The position numbers were made by a program, and so were the translations under genes. A DNA stretch of 64,000 bases from the NCBI GenBank assembly GCA_038046625.1, contig JBBSVV010000003.1, forward strand, positions 4,017-68,016, read 5' to 3'. The DNA is from an archaeon (GTDB lineage: Archaea; Iainarchaeota; Iainarchaeia; Iainarchaeales; Iainarchaeaceae). How positions within the stretch are numbered: the first letter of the stretch is position 1; each line of letters opens with the position of its first letter. Positions 25,004 through 34,405 of this stretch are shown here, piece after piece. The notes beneath the pieces are model-generated. The model did no database searches and was not told the DNA's origin. It worked only from the letters and a program-made list of their open reading frames with translations.

Positions 25004-26392
25004 TCAGTAATCCAAAAATTCTTCTTTTCCTTTCAAGTACGCAGTAAGGAACTGCTGGAAACCCTTGTTCTTTTTGTAAAGCGCGGCGATTTCCTTTTCG
25101 CTCATTATTTTCGCGTTTTTTCCGAGTGCTTTTCCCATCGCTTCTTTCTCGGCCCCCCTGAGTTTTTTCAGGAGCTGCGAAAGGAATGCCTTGAGTTCCG
25201 TGTGTTTGCGCTGCACTTCGATTATCCAGCGCCCTTTCTCTATGCGCGGCCCCGCGAGCATTTGTTTGTGTGCGGAGAGGAACGCTTCGGAATTTTTTTC
25301 GTCGAACGCTTCAGGCCCGATTTTTACTTCTGCTTTCTGGAGCTCCGTTGATTCCACCTCGAATAGAATAACCATTTGCTTTTCCTTTTCCAGCCACTCG
25401 GAACTTCGCTTCACTTGGAACCCCCCGAGTTCGGAGAATGTCCTGATTTTGTGCGAGAATCTCCTCAATTGCCCCCACATGATGTCCTCAATAACCCCTT
25501 TCGGATAGGATAGCGAGATTGCAATTAGCTCGGTTTTTTTCAGGAATTGCTTTAGTTTTGCCTGGCTCCATGCAGAGTGTTTTTTCGGGAAGAAAAAATT
25601 GATTGAGGGCTTTTTCATGAATGCTCTTGATGCCGCTATGAAGCGTGCGTACTGGTTTAATGAAAGTGCCGCGGCAACATTCCTGTTCCTGTCCACTGGA
25701 TCAACCACTGTAAAATGCCAGCCGAATTTTTTTTGGGCATCCCCTTTCGCATAATAGTTTTCGATGTCAATTGCTTCGCCATTTTTCCAGTGCGCCGCCG
25801 CTTCAAGTGCTTTTGCGAATGACCCGTATTTCAGCACAAGCAGTTCAGCAACGTAACCCGGGAAGCTGTTCGAGCTCAAATCGGCTCCGTAGCACTTTAT
25901 TCCTTTCATGAATTGCTTCAGCAGGCGCGCCTCTCCTCTATGGCGCTCCTCCATTTTTTTTACCAGGTAATTGTTGTGCAATACGCTTCTGTCTACTGCG
26001 CTCTGCATCAGCGATGAATCGGCAATGTTGTATGATGGCACAATTTCCACCCTGAAGCCGTTTATTTCTCCGCGTATGTAGGGGTGTTCTGAATATGCCT
26101 TTTCCCACGTGTGCCCCCTGAAAACGGCTTTTCCTATGCGCAGGCCTTCTTCCTCGAATTCTTTGCGCGGAAGCTCTTTCGGGTAGAGGACAAATATGTC
26201 AAGGTCCCGGTCATTCCTCAAATGCGTATTGCGTGCAATGCTGCCGACAATTTCGACTTTTTCGTGGCTGCCCTTCATTGCCATTATTTGTGCCGCGATT
26301 TTTTGGGCCAGTTTTTTTTCTTTTGCCAGTTCCTGCTTTGCAGGGGTGATTTTTTTGAGGGTTTTGGCAAGAATCTGCTGCAACGGAATCAC
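25004..26392 (-). CDS. cca: CCA-adding tRNA nucleotidyltransferase, archaeal class I
   Basis: GSIARNTHLRNDRDLDIFV is the class I (archaeal) nucleotidyltransferase motif; ~460 aa. Confidence 0.75.
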   Translation of the reverse strand: MIPLQQILAKTLKKITPAKQELAKEKKLAQKIAAQIMAMKGSHEKVEIVGSIARNTHLRNDRDLDIFVLYPKELPRKEFEEEGLRIGKAVFRGHTWEKAYSEHPYIRGEINGFRVEIVPSYNIADSSLMQSAVDRSVLHNNYLVKKMEERHRGEARLLKQFMKGIKCYGADLSSNSFPGYVAELLVLKYGSFAKALEAAAHWKNGEAIDIENYYAKGDAQKKFGWHFTVVDPVDRNRNVAAALSLNQYARFIAASRAFMKKPSINFFFPKKHSAWSQAKLKQFLKKTELIAISLSYPKGVIEDIMWGQLRRFSHKIRTFSELGGFQVKRSSEWLEKEKQMVILFEVESTELQKAEVKIGPEAFDEKNSEAFLSAHKQMLAGPRIEKGRWIIEVQRKHTELKAFLSQLLKKLRGAEKEAMGKALGKNAKIMSEKEIAALYKKNKGFQQFLTAYLKGKEEFLDY

Positions 26393-26447
26393 CAGTTTTA
26401 TATACTAATAATTCTTACTATAAATACATTGTTTTTCTGGTGGTTGG

Positions 26448-28016
26448 TTGGCTTCCGAGTTCAAGGAGTTCAGGGGCCCAAAGATAGATTCCTATGGGGT
26501 TGTCGAGATTTATGAGGGCTTCCCGTTTTTCTATTATGACATAAAGGACCCGAGCCTGAATGAGGAGGAAAAAATCATCCGTGAATCCCTGGTGCATTTG
26601 ATTCTCGGCAACTGGAGTTTTGAGGAGGTCACTTCGCAGTTGGGAAAGCTTTTCAGCAAGCGTTTCGTGGACATGTTCAGGGAGAAGATTATCCAGCCGA
26701 TTACTTACAATGACGCGCTTGAAACACTTTTGCGGGAAACGGAATTCGAGGCAATGAAGCTGGCGATGATTGCGCTTTTCACAGAGTTTTTGCCGCCCGT
26801 GAAGAGCCATGCCGTCCTTGCGGAAACAATTTTGGGGGACGCGATTGGCTACGCCAAGCTCTCCCCATTGGTTCTTGATGATAACCTTGAGGAGATAATG
26901 GTCAACGGTTACGAGACCTACGTGTTTGTTTTCCATAAGCGTTATGGCGTGTGCAAAACAAGTGTCGAGTATAAGCACAAGAAGTCCCTCGATGCTTTGC
27001 TGCAGAAGATTGCGAAAACTGTCGGGAAAAAGTTCGATGCCGAGCATCCTTTGCTGGATGCGCGCCTGCCTGACGGAAACCGCGCTAATGCGACGTTCCC
27101 GTTTGTTACTCCGTTCGGGCCGTCACTTACAATACGAAAGTTTTCCGCCGTTCCTTTGAGCGTCATCGACCTTATTGCCAATAACACGATGTCGAGCGAG
27201 CTCGCGGCTTTTTTGTGGGTGATGGTTGAGGGCATGAACATCGAGCCGATGAACATGATTATTACCGGCGGCTCGGGCTCCGGAAAAACAACCACGCTTA
27301 ATGCCTTGTCCACTTTCATAAAGTTCCACGAGCGCGTGATTTCAATAGAGGATACTCTCGAGCTTCATCTTGGCAGCAGGCAGAACTGGGTGCAGATGGA
27401 GTCCCGCCCTAAAATGAAGGGCCAGGAAGGGGTTTCGATGGATGATTTGCTGAAAAATGCCATGCGGATGCGCCCCGACAGGCTAATTGTGGGTGAGGTG
27501 CGCGGCAAGGAAGCGGAAACAATGTTTGTTGCAATGGATACCGGGCACAAGGGTGCATTGGGTACGCTGCACAGCAATTCCGCAAAGGAAATGCTTTTGC
27601 GCCTCAAGGCGGACCCAATGGGGGTTCCCGAGTCATTGATTCCCCTGCTTGACCTGATTCTTGTGCAGTACAGGATTTATGTGAAGGGCAAGGGCGTTGA
27701 GAGGCGCATAATGCAGGTTACTGAAGTGAGTTCCATGGATAAGCAGGCTTTGCTGAGCAACATTTATGAGTGGGACAGGAAAACCGATTCAATCAAGCGC
27801 ACTAATGTTCCAATGCACCTGATTGAGGTGCTGGCTTCGAAAACCCTTTCAACCAAGAAGGAGGTTGAGCGTGAGATTCAAATCAGGAAAAACATCCTTG
27901 AGTGGATGCTTCGGAATAACATCCGCGCAAACCCCGAGGTCGAGGTAATAATACAGCGCTACTATTACGACCCCGAAACTTTGCTGGAGCAGGTTCTTTC
28001 GGACAAGGCAAAGTAG
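26448..28016 (+). CDS. Type II/IV secretion-family ATPase (FlaI/PilB/VirB11-like), intein-free paralog
   Basis: Walker A ITGGSGSGKTTTLNAL, Asp box, Walker B and His box (MDTGHKGALGTLHSNS). Confidence 0.8.
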   Translation: MASEFKEFRGPKIDSYGVVEIYEGFPFFYYDIKDPSLNEEEKIIRESLVHLILGNWSFEEVTSQLGKLFSKRFVDMFREKIIQPITYNDALETLLRETEFEAMKLAMIALFTEFLPPVKSHAVLAETILGDAIGYAKLSPLVLDDNLEEIMVNGYETYVFVFHKRYGVCKTSVEYKHKKSLDALLQKIAKTVGKKFDAEHPLLDARLPDGNRANATFPFVTPFGPSLTIRKFSAVPLSVIDLIANNTMSSELAAFLWVMVEGMNIEPMNMIITGGSGSGKTTTLNALSTFIKFHERVISIEDTLELHLGSRQNWVQMESRPKMKGQEGVSMDDLLKNAMRMRPDRLIVGEVRGKEAETMFVAMDTGHKGALGTLHSNSAKEMLLRLKADPMGVPESLIPLLDLILVQYRIYVKGKGVERRIMQVTEVSSMDKQALLSNIYEWDRKTDSIKRTNVPMHLIEVLASKTLSTKKEVEREIQIRKNILEWMLRNNIRANPEVEVIIQRYYYDPETLLEQVLSDKAK

Positions 28017-28504
28017 CGCGACCCATTTTGCGTGAGAACAGAGCGCATCAGGAAAACGGACTTCACTTCAAATTCCATTTCGGGGCTTTCTCCTGAAATG
28101 GCATCCATCGCTTCCAGGAATTCTTTTTGTCCCGCGCTTCTGTTCCTCGCGAGCGTAATGTGCGCCGCGAACCTGTCTGATTTTTCCTCCAGTGCGGCGC
28201 AGATTTTTTCTGCGAGCATTGATGCCTCTTCCCCGCCTTTGGAGAACCCGAGCCAGATAACCCTTTTCCCGAACGCGCCTGTTTTTCCCGTGCGCATCCC
28301 GAATGCATCGAACCTTATTGCGTCGAATTTTTTCCTTATGTGAGTTGCCTCTTCATCGCTTTTTTCGCCGAGGAAGAGCATGGTAACGTGCAGGTTTTCT
28401 TTTTTTGTTTTGGAGAATTTTTCCCCGGGGATTTTTTGCAGAATCCTTGCGCTTATTTCGCTTTTGATTTCTTCGGGAATTTGTATTGCCGCAAACAGCC
28501 TCAT
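27965..28504 (-). CDS. RNA 2',3'-cyclic phosphodiesterase / 2'-5' RNA ligase (LigT/ThpR, 2H family)
   Basis: Two H-x-T/S-x motifs (HVTMLF and HITLAR). Start chosen at MRLFAAIQ. Confidence 0.65.
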   Translation of the reverse strand: MRLFAAIQIPEEIKSEISARILQKIPGEKFSKTKKENLHVTMLFLGEKSDEEATHIRKKFDAIRFDAFGMRTGKTGAFGKRVIWLGFSKGGEEASMLAEKICAALEEKSDRFAAHITLARNRSAGQKEFLEAMDAISGESPEMEFEVKSVFLMRSVLTQNGSRYFALSERTCSSKVSGS

Positions 28505-28564
28505 TGCTTTTTCACCGACCCAATCCATGCTGGGATCTAAGACCGTAGTTTAAGCGCGGGTGAT

Positions 28565-29161
28565 TCATTTTAGTGTTTTCCTGAATTCATTTTCGAGTGC
28601 GCGGAGCCTCGCGTAATTTTTTTCGAGCAATGGATTCGCCTTTTCGAGCAGCTTTTCAATGAACACCTTTTCTGCCAGTTGTTTCCCGTTTTCCTTTATT
28701 GGCAGGGCCATTGTTTCGGTTCCCTGGAGCTCTATGAGGAACTTGTCCTTCTGTGCCACCATTATGCCGCCCCTTTTTACCCCTGCTTTTTTCATTGCCT
28801 CAAGGACTGAGTTTGCGCCGCGGATGCTTTTGCACCCGATGTGCAGTATGAATGGGTCGAGCTTTAGCCAGAGCACTCCGCCTTTGTTTTCCTCCACTCC
28901 TTCGATGAGTTCCTTTGCGCTTACTGTTCTGTGCCATTTCCTGTGGAACGCATTCTTGTTTTTTGCTTCCCCGTTTTTTTCGAGGAGTATTATGCGGCCG
29001 CTGCAGCAGCTTGATGTGTAGAACCCCGGTGTTTCCGCAACAAAGGAGCACAGGCCGATCATTTGTTCGTCCATTTTTCCCTGTTTCAGGGCGTTTCCGA
29101 AGGTTTTTCCGTGCCTCTCCTTTATCATCGCAAACCGCGTTTTTCGGCTTTTTTTCCGCAT
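28565..29161 (-). CDS. taw3: tRNA wybutosine-synthesis protein Taw3/TYW3-like
   Basis: FYTSSCCSGRI matches the TYW3 S-S-C-S-G-R-I signature; ~198 aa. Confidence 0.6.
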   Translation of the reverse strand: MRKKSRKTRFAMIKERHGKTFGNALKQGKMDEQMIGLCSFVAETPGFYTSSCCSGRIILLEKNGEAKNKNAFHRKWHRTVSAKELIEGVEENKGGVLWLKLDPFILHIGCKSIRGANSVLEAMKKAGVKRGGIMVAQKDKFLIELQGTETMALPIKENGKQLAEKVFIEKLLEKANPLLEKNYARLRALENEFRKTLK

Positions 29162-29235
29162 TTTGTGGCCCTATAGGGTTTTGTCCGACCAATCGTTTTT
29201 TTATTCTTCTGTTGCTCATTTTTTCAGGTATTCGA

Positions 29236-30042
29236 ATGAAGGGTGCGTTTGTTCTGGCTTTTGTTGTTTTTGCTTCAGCTTCGGCTTTTGCTTCCATTTC
29301 AATGGTTTATCCTTCCCCAACTTTGATTGAGGATGCCTCCGTTGTGCAGCTGGGTTCGGTTGAGCCGGGGCAGGTTTTCGAGGCCGTTTTTTCCGACAAC
29401 ACCGGTTTCCAGAATACGGAGTGGGATGCCCTTGTAGTTGACCCGCAAACCCTTTCTTTGGGATGGAAAGTTGATTCCATTGGCAAGACTGACACTTCGC
29501 TTGTTGTGCGGGTCAGGGTGCCGCTCAATGCGCAGAGCAATGTGTACAATCTCGGGCTCGATTTTTACAGTTCGCATGAGCCTGTGCTTCAGCAGTCATT
29601 CGTGATGAGGGTTGTTGTGAAGCAGCCGCTTATTTCAGCGGCTTTCTCCAAGAAATCGGTTGAAAGCATCATAGTAGTTGACTCGCCCGTTGTTTACGCT
29701 GTTTCGCTTTCCAATTCTTCTATTGCAAAGCAGGAAGTTGTTGTTTCCTCGAATTTGCCGCAGAACTGGTTTGCCACACAGAGAATTGTGCTTGAGCCGA
29801 ATTCCTCGAAGGACCTCGTGTTGGTTGTCACTCCAAAGGTTTACGGCCAGAGGACATTTTCCTTCAAGGCGGTTATTCCTGAAAAGAGCCTTGTTGTGAA
29901 GAGCTTCACTTCGGAGCTGAATGTTAAGCCCACTTTGAAGGGAAAATTTGGTTCCGCATTTTCAGGCTTCCCGTTCTTCAACTTTGCGCTGCTGCCTTTC
30001 CAATTGTTCGATTCTTTCCTTGCGTTCGCGATGCCGAACTAG
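29236..30042 (+). CDS. Secreted protein with a C-terminal hydrophobic anchor (hypothetical)
   Basis: Start moved to MKGAFVLAFVVFASASAFA (signal peptide) to remove the antisense overlap with taw3. Beta-rich S/V-rich body. Confidence 0.5.
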   Translation: MKGAFVLAFVVFASASAFASISMVYPSPTLIEDASVVQLGSVEPGQVFEAVFSDNTGFQNTEWDALVVDPQTLSLGWKVDSIGKTDTSLVVRVRVPLNAQSNVYNLGLDFYSSHEPVLQQSFVMRVVVKQPLISAAFSKKSVESIIVVDSPVVYAVSLSNSSIAKQEVVVSSNLPQNWFATQRIVLEPNSSKDLVLVVTPKVYGQRTFSFKAVIPEKSLVVKSFTSELNVKPTLKGKFGSAFSGFPFFNFALLPFQLFDSFLAFAMPN

Positions 30043-31751
30043 ATTTTTTTGGCCATGTAGCGGCCTTCCCTTGTGTATCCGAGTTTTTTTGAGTAGTATT
30101 CCCTCGCGCCCACGCCGCTGATTACCAGCATTTTTTTTGCGCCGAATTTTTCTGACGCGATTTTTTCCGCCTCTTCCACAAGCTTTTTTCCGAGGCCTGT
30201 GTGCTGCCCACTTTTTTCCGCGCTTTTTTCCCCGAGCGCGAGTGAATTGCCGAACACGTGCAGTTCCCGTATGCACGCGGTATTTGAATCGAATTCTTTC
30301 CTGAATGGCTCGAAAGGGTTCCTGAGGCGGCAGAACCCGAGCAGCAAATCGTTTTTTTCGTCCTCGAAGGAAATGAAAACTTCCGTGCCTTTGCTTGCTT
30401 CGTATTCCTTTGCGGCGAGCTTCGCTTCCCCTTCAATTTCCCTTCCTTTTACCGCGTTTATTCCGGCTTCCCGGGCGCGTATTTCCCTTGCGTTGATCCC
30501 TTTTTGCAGGATTTTTTTGTCCACTATCTGGCGCAGGTTATTTTTGTCAACTCCGGCCAGCGCGAGCTTTGTCGGTATGTCGCGCTGTATCCTGTGTATT
30601 CTCGCGTACTCGGGAACGTATCTTTCCGATTCCGCAATTATTTCCGCCGCCTCATCCGTATTCAGGGGCGTGAATTTCCCGTTTTTGTAGAGCTGTGCAA
30701 GTGCAGTTCCCGGCATCACCATGCACGGGTAAATTTTCAGGCCGTCGGGCCTGAAATCAGGGTTCTGGAAAAGCTCCCTGAACATTTCAATGTCCTTTTC
30801 CTTCGAGCTCTTGGGCTGTCCCGGCATGATGTGATAAGTGACCTTCAATCCCGAGTCCTTGAGGAGCCTCGTTGCCTCAATCGAGTCCTCAACCGTGTGC
30901 CCGCGGTTCGTGTACTGAAGCACTTCGTTGTAAATGCTCTGCACTCCCAATTCAACCCTTGTGGTGCCCAGTTCAAGCATTTGGTTTATGTGCATTTGTT
31001 TGCTCCAGTCAGGTTTTGTTTCAATGCACATGGCCACTATCCTGACCGCGGCATTTTCGTTCCGGATGTGTTCCCTCTCAATGTTTGCAGGTTTTTTCAT
31101 TGCGAGCATTTTTTCGCGCCGGGCTCCGGAAAATTTTTTGTGCGTTCCTTTTGAGAAGAATTCGTTGAATTTTTTTGCCGAGAATTTTCCCTGGAAAATG
31201 AAGAGTTCTGAGAAGTCGTTTGCGGCCTGGAACGCATTGGAAATGAATTCGTTTTGATATTCCTGCGGGAAGCTCGGGAAGGTTCCGCCCATGATTATGA
31301 GTTCGAGCTTTTGGGGATTGTGTGCGGTTGCGTAGTATTGCGAGAGCCTGTTAATTGTCTGGAGGTAAGCGTCGTAGGAATTGTTGACTGCCCTCATGGT
31401 TGCGGGCTCGTTTCCCGTGTATGATTGCGGCACCGAGCCGAAGAAACTATTCGGGCCGCCCGGGCAGTAAATGCACGTGCCGTGGGGGCAGCTTATTGGC
31501 TTGGTCATTATGGCTACCGGAGCCACACCTGAAAGTGTCCTTAGCGGCTTTATTGATAGCATTTCGCCGAGCTTTTGCGAGGGCTCTTCCGCGTACGCGA
31601 GTATGTCCGGGTTGGACAGTATTTTTTCCATGCCAAGCCTTTTCCCTTCCGCGAGCTTGAGCCTGTTGAGCTGCTCTTTTTTCGTTATTTTGCCGGACTC
31701 TATGGCGCTTATTATTTTTTCCGCAAATTCCTGCCTTTGCCCCGGAGCCAT
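30039..31751 (-). CDS. elp3: Elp3 (radical SAM + GNAT) tRNA uridine-34 modification enzyme
   Basis: Radical-SAM Cys cluster (CPHGTCIYCPGG), Elp3-typical length, C-terminal GNAT (KLGYTREGRYMAK). Confidence 0.8.
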   Translation of the reverse strand: MAPGQRQEFAEKIISAIESGKITKKEQLNRLKLAEGKRLGMEKILSNPDILAYAEEPSQKLGEMLSIKPLRTLSGVAPVAIMTKPISCPHGTCIYCPGGPNSFFGSVPQSYTGNEPATMRAVNNSYDAYLQTINRLSQYYATAHNPQKLELIIMGGTFPSFPQEYQNEFISNAFQAANDFSELFIFQGKFSAKKFNEFFSKGTHKKFSGARREKMLAMKKPANIEREHIRNENAAVRIVAMCIETKPDWSKQMHINQMLELGTTRVELGVQSIYNEVLQYTNRGHTVEDSIEATRLLKDSGLKVTYHIMPGQPKSSKEKDIEMFRELFQNPDFRPDGLKIYPCMVMPGTALAQLYKNGKFTPLNTDEAAEIIAESERYVPEYARIHRIQRDIPTKLALAGVDKNNLRQIVDKKILQKGINAREIRAREAGINAVKGREIEGEAKLAAKEYEASKGTEVFISFEDEKNDLLLGFCRLRNPFEPFRKEFDSNTACIRELHVFGNSLALGEKSAEKSGQHTGLGKKLVEEAEKIASEKFGAKKMLVISGVGAREYYSKKLGYTREGRYMAKKI

Positions 31752-31810
31752 ATCCAGAACCCTGCTGCGAAAGGGTTTTATTTCTGCACAGCCTCCTTTG
31801 TGCGGTTGCC

Positions 31811-32119
31811 ATGGATGAGTATGAGGAGTTTGTGCAGTTCCTTGAGAATAATCCGGCGTATTACAAAATAATAAATTCCGCGGTTTTCATGAGCCTCCTC
31901 ACCATACTGAATTCGGCGCCGCGTTCTTTTTCCGAGCTCCTGAGGAGCAACCAAAATATTGAGGAGGAGGATCTTGAGACGATGCTCGCGGTTCTCGAGG
32001 CCCTTGAAATGGTGAAGCAGGCCAAATCGGCCGAAAACAGGGTTTTTTATGCGACCGAAAAAACCAGGGGAATGCTCTCGAAATTCGAGAAGGTCAAGGG
32101 CCGGTTCAGGGTTGCCTAA
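31811..32119 (+). CDS. Hypothetical small protein, possibly a winged-helix regulator
   Basis: 102 aa; weak HTH-like middle segment. Confidence 0.3.
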   Translation: MDEYEEFVQFLENNPAYYKIINSAVFMSLLTILNSAPRSFSELLRSNQNIEEEDLETMLAVLEALEMVKQAKSAENRVFYATEKTRGMLSKFEKVKGRFRVA

Positions 32120-32183
32120 TTTCTTGGATTTTCTGCTTGTTTTATAAATATTATAAATATATTATATATTAAGGTTTTTTTTA

Positions 32184-32534
32184 ATGGGCAAAACGCTTTT
32201 GGCTGTTTTGGGCATCGGGAAGGGCACATGGGGGCATGTTGCCCGGCTTATTTCCGAGGAAAAGTTCGACAAGGTACTGCTTATTTCCAACGAGTGGGGC
32301 AAGGAAAACTTTAAGCCGTTGAAGGAGTGCGACTGGATAATGATTAACAACCGCGCGGGCTTCGAGGTAATAAAGGAAGAAATCAAATCCAAGTTGCCTG
32401 AAAAGGATGATTTGGTGCTCTCGCTGATAAGCGGCTCCGGAAGGGAGCACATGGCTGTCCTTGCTGCCATAAAGGACAAGAAGCTCGAATTCAGGATTGT
32501 TATCCTTACGGGCGAAGGAACCAAGTACTACTAA
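32184..32534 (+). CDS. Hypothetical Rossmann-like small protein
   Basis: MGKTLLAVLGIGKGTWGH... Gly-rich N-terminal loop; 116 aa. No confident family. Confidence 0.35.
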   Translation: MGKTLLAVLGIGKGTWGHVARLISEEKFDKVLLISNEWGKENFKPLKECDWIMINNRAGFEVIKEEIKSKLPEKDDLVLSLISGSGREHMAVLAAIKDKKLEFRIVILTGEGTKYY

Positions 32535-32537
32535 CAC

Positions 32538-32566
32538 CTTTTTCTTTTCGTTGACGCGAAAAGAAA
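32538..32566. promoter_or_regulatory. CTTTTTCTTTTCG-ttgacg-CGAAAAGAAA palindrome
   Basis: Same family as the tRNA-flanking palindromes. Followed by two short hairpins. Confidence 0.45.
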
Positions 32567-32628
32567 CCGGGCAGAACAAAAGTTCTGCACGGCCACGCAA
32601 AATCAAAAGATTTTGCATGGAAGCTGTA
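32567..32628 (+). ncRNA. Candidate small structured RNA: two adjacent AAAA-looped hairpins bracketed by tRNA-type palindromic flank motifs
   Basis: GCAGAAC-aaaa-GTTCTGC (32571-32588) and GCAAAATC-aaaa-GATTTTGC (32597-32616). A/T-rich GAAAAGAAA motifs on both sides (32557-32566 and 32630-32660). Confidence 0.3.
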
Positions 32629-32682
32629 CCAAAAAGAAAAGTGTAAGGCTGTGCCAAAAAGAAAGAGAACGGCTTTTGCTGT

Positions 32683-33096
32683 TTGGCAACAGTAACTATT
32701 TTTTATCTGTTCAGTTCCTTTAGTTTCATGGCGGATTTTTTTCTCCTGTTCTTCATTGCGGCATCACTGCTGCTTGCGGTGCTCGTGTTTTTTCTCATGA
32801 AAAGGCTCTCTTCCCTTGAGGGGGTGCTTTCAGAATTGAAGTTTTCAAAGTCCTCGCAGTCAGTGAAGTACGGCAAAATGACCGAACAGTTTGTTCCCTT
32901 TACAAAGGACTTTCCTTTCAATCCGGAAAATTTCCGTTTTCTCGGCAACCCGATTGACGGCATTGTTTTTGAGGAGAATAAAATAATTTTTGCGGAGTTC
33001 AAGGCCGGCTCCTCCCAGCTCTCTGAAAAGCAGAGGCGCGTGAAGGAACTCGTTGAAAAGAAGAAAGTAGAATGGTTCGAGCACCGCATCGAATAG
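32683..33096 (+). CDS. Membrane-anchored PD-(D/E)xK-like (Hjc/NucS-fold) nuclease-like protein
   Basis: N-terminal TM helix, then PIDGIVFEENKIIFAEFKAGSS (D...E-x-K arrangement). Confidence 0.4.
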   Translation: MATVTIFYLFSSFSFMADFFLLFFIAASLLLAVLVFFLMKRLSSLEGVLSELKFSKSSQSVKYGKMTEQFVPFTKDFPFNPENFRFLGNPIDGIVFEENKIIFAEFKAGSSQLSEKQRRVKELVEKKKVEWFEHRIE

Positions 33097-33101
33097 GCGG
33101 T

Positions 33102-34142
33102 TCACCACTTCATTTTGTATCTCAAAAGCGCCGCTATTCCGCCGATTCCAGCAATTTTTTTCCCCGCCTCGTTTTTTTCGTTCACGAAGTGTATTTTCCC
33201 GTTTAACCGTTCCACAAGTTCCAGAATTGTTTCCGTTTTTCCGCGGTTTGCGGTCATAAAGTTTTCCTCGACAATTATTTCCTGTATTGCTCCCGCTTCC
33301 GCGGCTTTCTTCACTTCCTCGGGGCCTATTGCCGCGGCGCCGTTTTTTCCGAGTTCTGAAAAAAGTTTTTCAACGACTATTTCCTCCTGCGCCGATTGGA
33401 AGTTCCGGACAAGCGCATCTATTTTGCCGCTTTTGATGAGCTCGTTGAGGCCGGTTATCCCCACAGAATTTGTTGATTCAAAGCTGGCCGGCAGTTTTAC
33501 TGATTTGTCCTTGAGGAATTTTTCAAAATTCTGCCTTTCAAATCCCGGGCCCGCAATTACCACTGCATTTGCGCCGAGTTCCGTGATTTTTTTGAGGAGT
33601 TCCTCAAAGTACGGTTTTCCTTTTTCGTTTTGCTGGAACCTCTTGCCTTCCTTGTTTGCGATGATCCTTGCCCTGGTTTCAAAGCCCGAATCCTTCAGGG
33701 AAGCCAGATCAGCGGCTTCGTCATCCATAACAACAATGAGAAGTTTTTTCCTTCCCGCGGTCTCTTTCGCTTTCTCGAGCCTTTCAATGTGGTAGTTCTT
33801 GATGCTTTTTTTCTTTATTTTGAGTGCGGTTCCGGGTTCTGCCTCAATTGTGTGGTGTGATTTCAGTTCCACGAGCTCTTCAGGCTTTGCCGAAACAACT
33901 ATGCCCTGTATCCTGAGCTGGTTCGAGGGTTCGTGGAACTCAGCTTTTTCAACTTCTAATTCCACAAACACTTTTTGCTTGAACGCCTTTTCCCCTTCAG
34001 TTTTCGGCTTGATTTTCCTTTCGGAGCTGCCGCTGACCAGGTCGCCCTTCTCTATGAGCCTCTCCAAATGCCAGAGGTCGTCAAAAGAGTCAGGCACGAC
34101 CTCGAAATAATTGTTTTTCCTGTCCACTTTTATTATTTTCAT
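33102..34142 (-). CDS. pelA: Pelota/Dom34 mRNA surveillance factor
   Basis: 346 aa; N-terminal Sm-like domain plus eRF1-like domains 2/3. MKIIKVDRKNNYFEVVPDSFDDLWHL is the typical Pelota start. Confidence 0.75.
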   Translation of the reverse strand: MKIIKVDRKNNYFEVVPDSFDDLWHLERLIEKGDLVSGSSERKIKPKTEGEKAFKQKVFVELEVEKAEFHEPSNQLRIQGIVVSAKPEELVELKSHHTIEAEPGTALKIKKKSIKNYHIERLEKAKETAGRKKLLIVVMDDEAADLASLKDSGFETRARIIANKEGKRFQQNEKGKPYFEELLKKITELGANAVVIAGPGFERQNFEKFLKDKSVKLPASFESTNSVGITGLNELIKSGKIDALVRNFQSAQEEIVVEKLFSELGKNGAAAIGPEEVKKAAEAGAIQEIIVEENFMTANRGKTETILELVERLNGKIHFVNEKNEAGKKIAGIGGIAALLRYKMKW

Positions 34143-34240
34143 ATTAACAGCAATTGCCTATAAAGTGTTAAAAACACTTGGAAATCACTTCATTACATGA
34201 CAAGAGTCGCTGTTCTCGAGAAGGACCGTTGCATCACAAC

Positions 34241-34402
34241 AGTTTCGTCTGTTGGGTGCGAGTACTATCTCCTTGTACCCGTAGGGTACGAGGCCTCGCA
34301 GAATCTTCTGATTCTGCAAGGTCGCTTGGGCTCGATAGTAAGTTTGGTTATGGGTGTGAGGCACGATACTTCGCAGTTGACCTGCTTTGCGTTTGGTGAT
34401 GT
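34241..34402 (+). repeat. Structured repeat element, copy E (long form), inserted just upstream of abce1 and preceded by a diverged duplicate of the first 44 nt of abce1
   Basis: Starts ACAACAGTTTCGTCTGTTGGGTGCGA. Contains GTACCCGTAGGGTAC, CGCAGAATCttctGATTCTGC and GGGCTCGATAGT. 34197-34240 repeats 34406-34449 with 5 synonymous differences. Confidence 0.7.
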
Positions 34403-34405
34403 GAA

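Noticed and set aside
28915-29235. 5' 107 codons of ORF 28915-30042 overlapping taw3 on the opposite strand
   Set aside because: A signal-peptide start (MKGAFVLAFVVF…) at 29236 gives a sensible secreted protein and removes the overlap. The upstream part has no features.
33115-33795. 226-aa plus-strand ORF
   Set aside because: Antisense to pelota. The translation is a compositionally biased S/F/A-rich artefact.
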